Below, piece by piece: positions 29,651 through 38,931 of a stretch of DNA of 64,000 nt. The stretch lies in the sequence record MZ622713.1; one strand, 5' to 3'. Numbering within the stretch: the first letter of the stretch is position 1; every line of letters starts with the position of its first letter. The position numbers and the translations under genes are program-made. The notes under the pieces are model-generated. The model saw nothing but the letters and a program-made list of their open reading frames with translations, made no database searches and was not told the DNA's origin.

Positions 29651-30700
29651 ATGACTACATTACCAACAGACGTAAGCTTAGCACTACGAGCATTAAGCAA
29701 ACATTGGGTAGCAGAAGCGGTACGTAAGATCAAAGCTAAAGAAGTTAGCGCGAAAGAGATCTTAGGAATCGTACAACACAACGAACTGTGTGTGGGGGTG
29801 GGTACGTTAAACCAAGCAGATGGTAACAAACTGGTGTTAGAAGGTTTACCTTTCGACTTCAGTCCGTTTGGTGTAGAAGAAAACCCGATTCTGATTAATT
29901 ACCGACTCGGGGACGATCTAACTAATAACTCGCTCATTCAATACATCCTAGGTCAAAGCACCCAAATGGGAGAGCGTACGTTAGCGGGTTTGTGTTGTGA
30001 GCAACACTTCGTAGAATCCCTAGGTTTAGAAGTAAAACAAGAACGTATTCGATTTAAGTCTGATCGTCCGTCTGAAGCGTCAGGGAGCATTTGGGATTAC
30101 GACCGTAACAACCGAAAGGTGGAAGTACTGCACGTTAAAGCCAAAGGTAGTTCCGAACCGCTTACGGTGATGTTAGACGAATCACCGGATGACCTTGTGG
30201 ATGAATTTGAATTTAACGAACACATCGTCTCACAGCGTCGTTCATTAACTAAGGCTATAGCTTACGCTTTTACTAAGCTCTTACCAGAGATGGTAGAAAA
30301 AGAGTTGTTGGTATACCGACCAAACACCAACGCCCGTCATCCAGAAATCGTAACACTATTGAATCTGGACATCACTCACTACGAAGGTATTAAGTTAAAA
30401 CTAGAGTTCGAAGGTAGTAAGGTGTTTATCGTTTTAGAGCACGATAAGGAAAGACTACCTTACTTAATCCCTAAGGCTCTAAATTCACGCACTTCATTTC
30501 TAAGTGAGTTTTCTGACCACCTTAAAACTTTGTTCCAAATAAACCAAGATGACAAAGTCCGCATGCACAATCTTTACATGGAGTCCAAAACTGGAGCGAC
30601 TGACTACGGTTACTTGGGTTGTTCGGATAACTGTATGGATATCATCGTAGCGCAACATGTCATCAAAACTCAGCCAAACTTATTATTGATCAACAAATAG
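29651..30700 (+). CDS. Hypothetical protein, tandem paralog family member (349 aa)
   Basis: Shared N-terminal LAxRAxxxxW helix and central RRSL...LPExxExxLL helix. Confidence 0.7.
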   Translation: MTTLPTDVSLALRALSKHWVAEAVRKIKAKEVSAKEILGIVQHNELCVGVGTLNQADGNKLVLEGLPFDFSPFGVEENPILINYRLGDDLTNNSLIQYILGQSTQMGERTLAGLCCEQHFVESLGLEVKQERIRFKSDRPSEASGSIWDYDRNNRKVEVLHVKAKGSSEPLTVMLDESPDDLVDEFEFNEHIVSQRRSLTKAIAYAFTKLLPEMVEKELLVYRPNTNARHPEIVTLLNLDITHYEGIKLKLEFEGSKVFIVLEHDKERLPYLIPKALNSRTSFLSEFSDHLKTLFQINQDDKVRMHNLYMESKTGATDYGYLGCSDNCMDIIVAQHVIKTQPNLLLINK

Positions 30701-30710
30701 GAGCAATCCC

Positions 30711-31700
30711 GTGAAAAACCTAAGTGAAAACATCAAACTTAAACTAGCAATGAGTGCCATTATTAAAGCGTGGTTATATCAAGCTCTGAAAGTAGTCACT
30801 CCGCTTAGTAAGGACCCGTTAGTGATCGGTGAGTTTGGTGTCCCTTGGTCCACCAGTCCAATGAACATCGGGGTGATAGTTACTGACATCGACGATGAAG
30901 GTTACACCATATCGACAGTCAACATGTTCCAGCTAGGTCTTCCTCACGTGGAGGTTAAAGTAGGATACGACACCACCCCTTCACTAATTCAAGATTTCCG
31001 CTGGAAAGAGTTCCATAGCAAAGTAGGTCCTTTACAAAACCGAGCTTTATATGAGCTGGCTTCAAAGGAATATATGAATGTCGACCTTCGTCTGGAAATC
31101 GTAGATGGTGGGGTGAAGGTTTCTTCCGCAGGTGAAGGTGAGCCGTTCTTACCTGTTCCATCTACCGACTGCGGGGTACCGCAACCAGACCTTACTAAGA
31201 TTTACCGCAGAGAGTCGTTGACACGTAATATCTTCCATTACGCTTTGGATGAAATTCCTAGTATCATCGAGCACTTGCTGATCACCAACGACCCTATTAC
31301 CTTGGACCGTATGTTGATTGATGCACCTTTCTGTTTTGGTAAGCGTCATTCAATCAAACTGACTATCGTAGATAGCGAGCTTTGTTTGTTGGTTCAACTG
31401 GGAGACCCTAGCACTGCATTCAGTCTAGCGATTCCGTCTGACATTCCTAACCGCATCCATTGGTATCAAAACTTAGTGGGTTGTTTAAAAGAACTGACTA
31501 AGCCAGATTACTTTACTCATACCGAAGCCTACAACATGGTTAAAGGTCCAGCAGCAATGATCAAAGACCTTTGTGTGGGATTCACTAACGGCGAAGTCGA
31601 TTACGATCTAGTCGTAAATGAAAGTGTGTTACCGGAGCACACCAAACGCACTTTCAACATCAGTACCAAAAATCCTAAATCCATTGAAATCCTAAAATAA
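30711..31700 (+). CDS. Hypothetical protein, tandem paralog family member (329 aa)
   Basis: GTG start with RBS AGGAG; LAMSAIIKAWL and RESL...IPSIIEHLL motifs. Confidence 0.7.
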   Translation: MKNLSENIKLKLAMSAIIKAWLYQALKVVTPLSKDPLVIGEFGVPWSTSPMNIGVIVTDIDDEGYTISTVNMFQLGLPHVEVKVGYDTTPSLIQDFRWKEFHSKVGPLQNRALYELASKEYMNVDLRLEIVDGGVKVSSAGEGEPFLPVPSTDCGVPQPDLTKIYRRESLTRNIFHYALDEIPSIIEHLLITNDPITLDRMLIDAPFCFGKRHSIKLTIVDSELCLLVQLGDPSTAFSLAIPSDIPNRIHWYQNLVGCLKELTKPDYFTHTEAYNMVKGPAAMIKDLCVGFTNGEVDYDLVVNESVLPEHTKRTFNISTKNPKSIEILK

Positions 31701-31712
31701 GGACATCCAAAT

Positions 31713-32702
31713 ATGTACAACACAACCAACCAACATCGTCTGGCTTACCGCGCTATCGTTAAATCTTGGTTAGAAGGTATCGAGCCAATGTTCGATAAAA
31801 CGGGTAGCGAGCCAATCACTAACGGAACCGTCGTAGGTAAATTCACTTTACTAGACGAACGAGAAGTTAGCCTTACCCTTGAGGACATCACCGATAAAGA
31901 CTATCGTGTGGTTTCAAAAGGATTCGAAATTCTAGGCTTGCCTGAATTAAACAAAAAGGTAAAACGTGGTCGTGACATTCATGACGTGGTCGATGCAGAC
32001 ATTACCGCCATCACTAAAGGCGTGAGTGTGTTATCAGTTATCGAGCTCGCTACATTATCCATGCACGACAACCTTCGTCTCCAAGATGTTAAGGTCATGG
32101 GAGTTGACGGACGACTAATGTTGATCTGTCCGGGTCGTGGCTTACCGGTCGACGTTTCTTATCCTGACGATGCGCAATTCCTAGAGTTAGAGGAAGGGCT
32201 TTTAGAAGGACGTAAGGCGTTGGGTAACCTTGTGATGCAACAAGCCTTAGAAGAGCTCCCAAGCGTCCTAGAGACGACATTGCTTGCTCCGATTAAAGGT
32301 ATCCCACACAACACCCCTTACTCTAAAGAGATCATCTCATTGGTGGTGGCTCAGCACATGACCTACCGCTTGCAATTAGATGTTTCAGGCGGGACTGTGG
32401 CGATCTCCTTCCAACTAGGCGTGCCGTTGTCCGAAGAACGTTACCTGCTACCACGCTCTTACGAGCTACGCGCTAAGTGGGTTCTCGAATTGGTTGAACA
32501 CATCCGTGCGGAACTTAAAGCACAGGAAATTGATGAGCAAGCCCTTGTTGAACTGGCTAAACGTTATGAAGGCATCCGTAACGACATCGGTACCTTCGGC
32601 GTTTCTGAAAACTCTGATGAGTGTGTGGTTAGCGTCTACAACGAAAACATGCCGTACCACACTAACACTACCTTCGAACTATTGAAAGATAAAAGCGAGT
32701 AA
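31713..32702 (+). CDS. Hypothetical protein, tandem paralog family member (329 aa)
   Basis: RBS AAGGA; LAYRAIVKSWL and RKAL...LPSVLETTLL motifs. Confidence 0.7.
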   Translation: MYNTTNQHRLAYRAIVKSWLEGIEPMFDKTGSEPITNGTVVGKFTLLDEREVSLTLEDITDKDYRVVSKGFEILGLPELNKKVKRGRDIHDVVDADITAITKGVSVLSVIELATLSMHDNLRLQDVKVMGVDGRLMLICPGRGLPVDVSYPDDAQFLELEEGLLEGRKALGNLVMQQALEELPSVLETTLLAPIKGIPHNTPYSKEIISLVVAQHMTYRLQLDVSGGTVAISFQLGVPLSEERYLLPRSYELRAKWVLELVEHIRAELKAQEIDEQALVELAKRYEGIRNDIGTFGVSENSDECVVSVYNENMPYHTNTTFELLKDKSE

Positions 32703-32707
32703 TAATC

Positions 32708-33697
32708 ATGAAAGTTGAAAACTTCGTATTGGATGTTGCTAAAACTAAATTAGCCATCCGTCCTCTTGTTGTTCATTGGCTGAACCAAGTCCAAAACTGC
32801 ATCGATCTCCTTAAAGAAAAAGATAAGGTAGTGATCGGTAAAGTTAAACTTAATGACGAAACGGTTTCTGTTTCCATCGAGTCGGTGTTAAACAGTGAAG
32901 ATGAATACCGTATCGTCGGTACCAACTTACCGTTCCTCATCCAAGACTTCTCTGTGATTTTGTACAAGTCTTTCCCACTTGATGCTTGCTCGCATGTAGG
33001 GGTGTCGTCTATTCTAAACGCACCTACCGGGCTCGGTCTCCAAGCTTTGTACTCTTTGTTAGATGATAAGCTGACTACGTCTCAGATCGGGTTAAGCATG
33101 TGTACTAGCGCACCTAATCTAATGCTGGTAGGTTACGAAGGTGCTGGTGCGGGATTCGACTTCAATTTAAACAAAATTGAGACTGATCTGGAAGATGGTT
33201 ACCACTTTGCTGAAGATTTGGTCGAGAAGCGTCGCAGCGTTATTAAAGCGATCGCTAAAGGTTTGTCCGGCAAACTACCGAAGATCATCGAAGAACAGAT
33301 GTTGATCTGCCCGATCAGATACGGTGATGACCGATTTAAACCAGTGGTCATCGCTAACCTGAGCGCGAGTTTAGAAGAACACTTCCGAGTTGTCTTAGAT
33401 TACGATGGACGTTTCTTCAAACTGATCGTTGGTTTACCGGGTCTACCAGTGCAAAGTTTCACCATCCCTCAGTTCCCTGCGATTCGTGAGGAGTTCTTAC
33501 TTGAACTTAACGAATGGATCCAAGGGACGCTGTCATTAAGTTCTAAGGACTTTATCAACATCAGACAGTTTGCTAAAGGGGAACAATCAACACCATTCGG
33601 TGTGATACGTAAGATAGCTAACGAAGATAGTTTCGAGATTATGCTCAAAGAAAGTGTAAGTATCGTCACTAGTCCTATTTTTCTAATTAAAGCTTAA
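32708..33697 (+). CDS. Hypothetical protein, tandem paralog family member (329 aa)
   Basis: LAIRPLVVHWL and RRSV...LPKIIEEQML motifs. Confidence 0.7.
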   Translation: MKVENFVLDVAKTKLAIRPLVVHWLNQVQNCIDLLKEKDKVVIGKVKLNDETVSVSIESVLNSEDEYRIVGTNLPFLIQDFSVILYKSFPLDACSHVGVSSILNAPTGLGLQALYSLLDDKLTTSQIGLSMCTSAPNLMLVGYEGAGAGFDFNLNKIETDLEDGYHFAEDLVEKRRSVIKAIAKGLSGKLPKIIEEQMLICPIRYGDDRFKPVVIANLSASLEEHFRVVLDYDGRFFKLIVGLPGLPVQSFTIPQFPAIREEFLLELNEWIQGTLSLSSKDFINIRQFAKGEQSTPFGVIRKIANEDSFEIMLKESVSIVTSPIFLIKA

Positions 33698-33727
33698 TCA
33701 AATATAACGTCAGTTGGACCAAGGAAC

Positions 33728-34072
33728 ATGGAAAAACATAATTACCAAGAAATGGCTTTGTCGCTAGTAGAACAAACTATCAGCGAAGGTAAGGGTGAAG
33801 TAATTACACACGAGGGCAAAGTAACGTTAGTTTTAAAAGGCAACGACCTCCTGCTCATCGTTAAAGACATCACTCACAAATACAACGGATTACGATTACT
33901 CGATCGCAAAGGCTTAGCTAAGAGTATTAAACGTGTCCTTAACTTAACACTGGGTCAACCGGATATAGATCACGAGGCCCACGTGTTAGCGAATCTCGAA
34001 CAAGGTACGTTTTGGTTAGATCCAATCAAACGTGTCGTTCACAACTACTTATTAAACAGGAAAGCAGCATGA
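33728..34072 (+). CDS. Hypothetical protein (114 aa)
   Basis: RBS AAGGA; ATGA overlap with the next gene. Confidence 0.65.
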   Translation: MEKHNYQEMALSLVEQTISEGKGEVITHEGKVTLVLKGNDLLLIVKDITHKYNGLRLLDRKGLAKSIKRVLNLTLGQPDIDHEAHVLANLEQGTFWLDPIKRVVHNYLLNRKAA

Positions 34073-35019
34073 ACTCTAAAATCGGACTACTAGGTACTCG
34101 TTACATCATCCAACACGTATTCCAAAAACTGGAGAAAGTGATTGTAGATCACCACGGTGAAGGTAAGCGCATCAACGGTAGTGTTTACAAAAGTTGTTTG
34201 CCTGACGGTTCGGTCATCACGGTGACCGTCGGGATACTCAACGATGTTAAGTATCTCATCACTACAGTCGGTCTCACCAAACTGGGTGTAAGAGATCTTA
34301 ACTTTGAATATCAAGTAGGGGCGGATGCTGGCGTATTCAGAAAAGCACTGGAGTCGTTAGGGAATCTTCCGCATGAAATCTTTAGGGCGTTCGTTAACGA
34401 TATCGATTTCAATCCTTCCGATTACGGATTGTCCGGTACCCGAGATGATCAAGGGGATATCTTTATTTCCCTACCTTCCAAATATTTTAATTTATTGGAA
34501 GTTCGTTCACAAAAACAAGACCGATACAAAAACGATGTAGCAAAACTTCGTGAAGCCCTAAGTACAATTCTGGTGCGCACAGCGTTACCAAGACTGGGAA
34601 CTTACATCGAAGACGCTATCGCTCGTGGGTTTAACCAAGATGTGGAGAACATCACTAAACCTCTCCTTAACTACCGCCCTAACCATTACCTAACGGTAAA
34701 CATTTATCTGGGTATGGATGACCTAGGTTATTTGAATTTGTTTGTTACGGGTCTTCACCGTCGTGATATGTACCCGGTCCCAGCTGATTATGAAACACGT
34801 CGTACGTGGTACCCATTAATCAATGAGATCATTCTAAGCAAGTTCAAGGATGTTCACACTGAGAATGTACTTGTCGCTTTAGCTGAAGTATACAAACGTT
34901 CATGTAACGACTTAGGTGAATTTAAAACCAGTCCGCATGATTCGGTCCGTGGTACTCTTTGTATCGATCAAAGCATCCTGCCTTGGTCTTTAGAATTCGA
35001 CCGCACACTTCAGTACTAA
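34069..35019 (+). CDS. Hypothetical protein, divergent member of the tandem paralog family (316 aa)
   Basis: Start taken at the ATGA overlap with RBS AGGA (the ORF track starts it at 34012); LLGTRYIIQHVF and REAL...LPRLGTYIE motifs. Confidence 0.65.
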   Translation: MNSKIGLLGTRYIIQHVFQKLEKVIVDHHGEGKRINGSVYKSCLPDGSVITVTVGILNDVKYLITTVGLTKLGVRDLNFEYQVGADAGVFRKALESLGNLPHEIFRAFVNDIDFNPSDYGLSGTRDDQGDIFISLPSKYFNLLEVRSQKQDRYKNDVAKLREALSTILVRTALPRLGTYIEDAIARGFNQDVENITKPLLNYRPNHYLTVNIYLGMDDLGYLNLFVTGLHRRDMYPVPADYETRRTWYPLINEIILSKFKDVHTENVLVALAEVYKRSCNDLGEFKTSPHDSVRGTLCIDQSILPWSLEFDRTLQY

Positions 35020-35028
35020 CTAAAACGT

Positions 35029-35057
35029 CCTAGGAAGCCTTCTAAGGGCTTCCTAGG
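35029..35057 (+). terminator. Hairpin / probable terminator ending the paralog operon
   Basis: CCTAGGAAGCCTT-CTA-AGGGCTTCCTAGG; the U-tract is weak. Confidence 0.55.
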
Positions 35058-35127
35058 GTCTCTGTTTATAATTCATATCAGTTTAACTTTAAATGCGCGC
35101 ACAGCGCCTCTAATTAAGGATTTCATT

Positions 35128-35886
35128 ATGTCTAATTGTCCATTCGCTTTCAACCTCGGAACCAATCGCCACGGTTTACCAGTTCCTCATAGACCGGGAC
35201 ACGATGCTTACCTAGCACGTAAAGCTAAAATCAAAAAGCTCGCCTTCCTATCCAGCAGTCTTTACTCTATGGAGTATTGGTTGAAATCAACAATCAACTC
35301 TCTCCACGAAACTCGTACTGAGCATTTTCATCCCAATCTAAACAAAAACCTCTACGGAAGCATGTTTACTATTTTTGAACATCCTTCTAAGGTTACTCAT
35401 GAAAAAGAGTACAGCACGGTATTGTTAAGTGAATGTCCTTACGATGCCAATCCAGACATAACACTGGAAATCAAGTTCACCCCTAACAAAGGTTACCAGC
35501 TAACTTGGTCTTTCCCTTGGTGGATGTGTCGTGATCAGTCTGAATCGAATGGTGAAGATAAACGCGTGTTTACTTACGAGTTCTCTAATGTAGATGAAAC
35601 TGAGATGCTTGCCATGGAGCACGACATCATGGAAGTGCTTTGGATGGATAACCATCAGTGTGTTGAAGAACTCCATCGTTACTTAGTTTCAGAAACACCA
35701 AAACCTAAGTTCAACTGGGCCTTTAAAGAAGGTAAAAAGTACGCAGACCCTAAACATGAACGTTTCTTGACTACTCAGGTCGTTACCACCCATGTTCCAT
35801 TTAAACGAGATGAGGTCAGCATTCATTGTGAGATCATCACTTTAGGTGGGATTAAGTTGGCTACTCTCGCTAAAGTTAATTCTTAA
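35128..35886 (+). CDS. Hypothetical protein (252 aa)
   Basis: RBS TAAGGA; no recognisable domain. Confidence 0.7.
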   Translation: MSNCPFAFNLGTNRHGLPVPHRPGHDAYLARKAKIKKLAFLSSSLYSMEYWLKSTINSLHETRTEHFHPNLNKNLYGSMFTIFEHPSKVTHEKEYSTVLLSECPYDANPDITLEIKFTPNKGYQLTWSFPWWMCRDQSESNGEDKRVFTYEFSNVDETEMLAMEHDIMEVLWMDNHQCVEELHRYLVSETPKPKFNWAFKEGKKYADPKHERFLTTQVVTTHVPFKRDEVSIHCEIITLGGIKLATLAKVNS

Positions 35887-36213
35887 CGGATAATATATTA
35901 TATGTACTAAACTAAATCCGTCGAAGACCCCCTAGAAAGGATGGGAAAGGGTTATTTTTGCATACGAGTTATAGTAGTACTCCTTAGAGTGATCTATGAG
36001 GTACGAATAGTCACGGTGAGTGTTGTAGTACGAAGTACGTAAACACGATAAAAGGAGTGTACTACGTATAACGAGTAGGTGGGTATAGGTTTGGAATCAT
36101 GTAATAGGGATACTGTGATTCAGTAAAAGAATTTAGTTCTATATAACTTAGGGGTAAATAAAACTGAGTCGTGTAAGTTATTAGTTAATAACGTTAGTAG
36201 GAGAAGATTCAAA
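35887..36213. other. Non-coding island 2 with a multi-branched stem-loop and a promoter motif
   Basis: No ORF. Stem 35974-35985/36052-36065 encloses two smaller hairpins. Shares 9-11 nt words with island 1. Confidence 0.5.
36139..36153 (+). promoter_or_regulatory. Phage promoter motif CTATATAACTTAGGG
   Basis: Matches CTATATAACCTAGGTG upstream of chimallin (47879-47894). Confidence 0.55.
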
Positions 36214-36993
36214 ATGAGTAGAGTGATAACACAAATCAATAACACGAACTTACATCACTTGTGGGGGATGATCGTTACCGCTAAAGGCAAGCCTTATCGC
36301 CAGAACAATGTTACGTTTACGGTTAAAGGTCGTAAACAAGTTCGCCTTACCCGAGCGCAGTGTTGGTTGACACACTTAACTAAATTGAAAGAAGGCTTCC
36401 CTATCCACTTAGTGGACTTAGCGGAGGATTTTCACTTTAAAGAGGTGTTGTTACCGACTTACGAAGATTACGTGGTTCATGCACCTTACCTGACCAAAGT
36501 AATTAACTGGGAAGGTTTAAACCTTTACATCCTCCCCGGGTTCTTAGGGAACGCCGTAGGGGACGACGGTAAGATCTACGAACTGTACGTAGACAATCGA
36601 GCTAAGGAATGGTACTGGGCTGAGATCTACCCTAACCAAAACGAATGCTACGATTTGATCAACAGTATCGATGGGGATATGCTGGAAGTTAGCGTAGACG
36701 ACATCATTTATTTGTTGAAGTCTTCTGTGGTGACTGGTGATGACTTGAGTAACTATTACGCTAAGCGAGTAGTAAGTCGTCGTGCTGAAGTAGCGATCGA
36801 AGATGGCTGGGTAGATGTAGATCCAGAAGACATTTACAAAGCTCAACACGAAGAAGCTTTAAAGCGAGCCCATAAGGACAACGTGTTAGTTCGTTTAGAA
36901 ACAAAACCAAAGACCGTTACAGAAGCTTTCCTATCGGCTTATCGTCGCTGTGGAGAGTTGGCTGTTCCTTGGGATAACCGTCTGGTGTCCTAA
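36214..36993 (+). CDS. Hypothetical protein; central segment weakly reminiscent of a NUMOD4-like motif
   Basis: RBS AGGAG; contains YILPGFLGNAVGDDGKIY. No intact HNH motif seen. Confidence 0.55.
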   Translation: MSRVITQINNTNLHHLWGMIVTAKGKPYRQNNVTFTVKGRKQVRLTRAQCWLTHLTKLKEGFPIHLVDLAEDFHFKEVLLPTYEDYVVHAPYLTKVINWEGLNLYILPGFLGNAVGDDGKIYELYVDNRAKEWYWAEIYPNQNECYDLINSIDGDMLEVSVDDIIYLLKSSVVTGDDLSNYYAKRVVSRRAEVAIEDGWVDVDPEDIYKAQHEEALKRAHKDNVLVRLETKPKTVTEAFLSAYRRCGELAVPWDNRLVS

Positions 36994-37001
36994 TCGTATC
37001 G

Positions 37002-37024
37002 ACCCTATCCCGTCGGGATAGGGT
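37002..37024. terminator. Hairpin upstream of the AraC cluster
   Basis: ACCCTATCCC-GTC-GGGATAGGGT, a perfect 10-bp stem with no long U-tract. Confidence 0.5.
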
Positions 37025-37057
37025 TATGACCATTTATCAAATAATTAAGGATTTATT

Positions 37058-38215
37058 ATGTCCATTCAGATTCCAGAAGTAACTGACCCTAAAGTAGCAC
37101 ACGCGCTAGACATCATTAAAAACCGTTACTTAGAAATTCGTACCGTAAAGGAAGTAGCGGAGCAAATAGGTATTTCCGATAACACCTTAGGTAAACGTTT
37201 CGAGATCAGAGGTTTAAAACCACCTCGTTTTTACCTGAACGGATTACGTAAGGATTATGCGGAAAAACACGTCAAAGAAAACATCAAAACTTTGAGCACT
37301 ATCGCCAAAGAGATGGGATTCAGTAAAACTAACCAACTTCATACTTGGTACCTAGCTGCCTTTGGAGTAAGAGCGACAGAAGTGCGTCGTGGTATCGGTA
37401 TTCCTAAAGAAGCTCACAATGGTAACAAACCACTGTCTGTGATAGCTGGAGAGATTAAAGCGAAGATCGATCAAGAAGCCCACCACATTCAATTTGAACG
37501 TGAGCTGTACCAACCTTATGGATATGGTCGTAATGCTATCTACCTTGCTTTCTCTCAAGCTTACGGTTGCACTGTACGGGAACATTTGATCAACACTCAA
37601 TTAGCGTACGTGGAACGTAAGATTCGCGAACAAGGTTATTGTATCCCGTCTTTGTTGAAGCACACCATTTACAACAACGCTTCAGCTTTGAGTAATGCCT
37701 TTGAACGCAAATACGGTATGTGTTCTAGTGATTACGCGATTAAACATTCCATTGGTGTGAGAACGTTTATATTCGGGGAATCTCGTTGGGTGACGTCAAG
37801 TTTCGTTAAAGAACTGTTAGAACACATCGCTGAAGATTTGTTAACGGCTCGTCAGGAAATGGAAGCGTTGCGTAATTTCTATCAGATCGGTACGAAATCT
37901 TGGAGAGAGATCTTTATCTCTTGTGCTGGCATGAGTCCAAAACAAACTCAACTGGCTATCGAAATGGAGATGATACTTCACATCGTACAAACCACTGATT
38001 GGACTATTCAAGATATCTATGAAAGGCTGAATCGTAGTCGTCGTGACTCTTGGTGTGCGCGTTTCCGTGATTACTTTAACTGTTCACCGGCTCAAGCAAA
38101 GACTAACCCTAAGTTGGTTATCCGTAACTATGACTCAAAACAGTTTAAGCCTTTAGTGGAAGAAGTATTCAATCTGATTGATAAAAACGATGGAGTGGAA
38201 GATCTCGCAGCATGA
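37058..38215 (+). CDS. Protein with three tandem AraC/MarA-type HTH DNA-binding domains
   Basis: VKEVAEQIGIS...IAKEMGFS...FGVRATEVR; second unit ...AFSQAYGCT...FERKYGMCSSDY; third unit ...AGMSPKQ...FRDYFNCSPAQ. No effector domain. Confidence 0.8.
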   Translation: MSIQIPEVTDPKVAHALDIIKNRYLEIRTVKEVAEQIGISDNTLGKRFEIRGLKPPRFYLNGLRKDYAEKHVKENIKTLSTIAKEMGFSKTNQLHTWYLAAFGVRATEVRRGIGIPKEAHNGNKPLSVIAGEIKAKIDQEAHHIQFERELYQPYGYGRNAIYLAFSQAYGCTVREHLINTQLAYVERKIREQGYCIPSLLKHTIYNNASALSNAFERKYGMCSSDYAIKHSIGVRTFIFGESRWVTSSFVKELLEHIAEDLLTARQEMEALRNFYQIGTKSWREIFISCAGMSPKQTQLAIEMEMILHIVQTTDWTIQDIYERLNRSRRDSWCARFRDYFNCSPAQAKTNPKLVIRNYDSKQFKPLVEEVFNLIDKNDGVEDLAA

Positions 38216-38931
38216 ATGACGAATTCAAACAGTTGCTCATGAGTGATCTGAAGGATTGGTTGGAAGATAACTATTTGGGTAAGGTGTCCATGCAAGATAT
38301 TGCTGATCAACTTGGTACCCATATCCCGGTGATGTACGAACTGTTCTTTGAACACTTTGGTTGCACGCCGGGAACCTACTTAATTAAGAAACGACTAGAA
38401 AAAGGAAAGGAGCTGATATCCAAAGGTACCCGACCTACTATAGCGTGTAATTACGTAGGCTATAAACACTTCCAATCATTCCGGACAGCTTACCGTGAAC
38501 ATTTCGGTGAGTTACCCGAAGTGGATTTTGAAGAGTCCATGGATATTCCTACCATGAATGACTATGGTAAAGAAACTATGGACCGATATTATCCATATGA
38601 GTTAAGGATAGAGATATTAAGATATTTGAATGAGAATATCAAAACTAATATCCCATACGGAGATGTGGAGGCAAAATTTAAACTTCCCAACCGTAGTCTA
38701 AATGAAATGTTCCTGCACTTCTATAACCTGACTTACATCGAATGGCGTAGAGACGTGAGAGTCTCAATTGCCAAACGTAAGATTCGTTCAAACCCGTCCA
38801 TCAGTCTTTCAGAACTGGCGGAAGAGGTAGGGTCTTGCAGTTCCCAATATTTGAGTAAGCAGTTTAAAGAGGTTTATGGTATTGCGCCTAAGCAGTACGC
38901 AAAGAAATTGAGAGGTTTATGTGTTAACTAA
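38212..38931 (+). CDS. Protein with two tandem AraC/MarA-type HTH domains
   Basis: SMQDIADQLG...FGCTPGTYL..KRLEKGKELI...VGY...FRTAYREHFGELP; then ...LSELAEEVG..S.QYLSKQFKEVYGIAPKQY. ATGA overlap with the previous gene. Confidence 0.85.
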   Translation: MNDEFKQLLMSDLKDWLEDNYLGKVSMQDIADQLGTHIPVMYELFFEHFGCTPGTYLIKKRLEKGKELISKGTRPTIACNYVGYKHFQSFRTAYREHFGELPEVDFEESMDIPTMNDYGKETMDRYYPYELRIEILRYLNENIKTNIPYGDVEAKFKLPNRSLNEMFLHFYNLTYIEWRRDVRVSIAKRKIRSNPSISLSELAEEVGSCSSQYLSKQFKEVYGIAPKQYAKKLRGLCVN

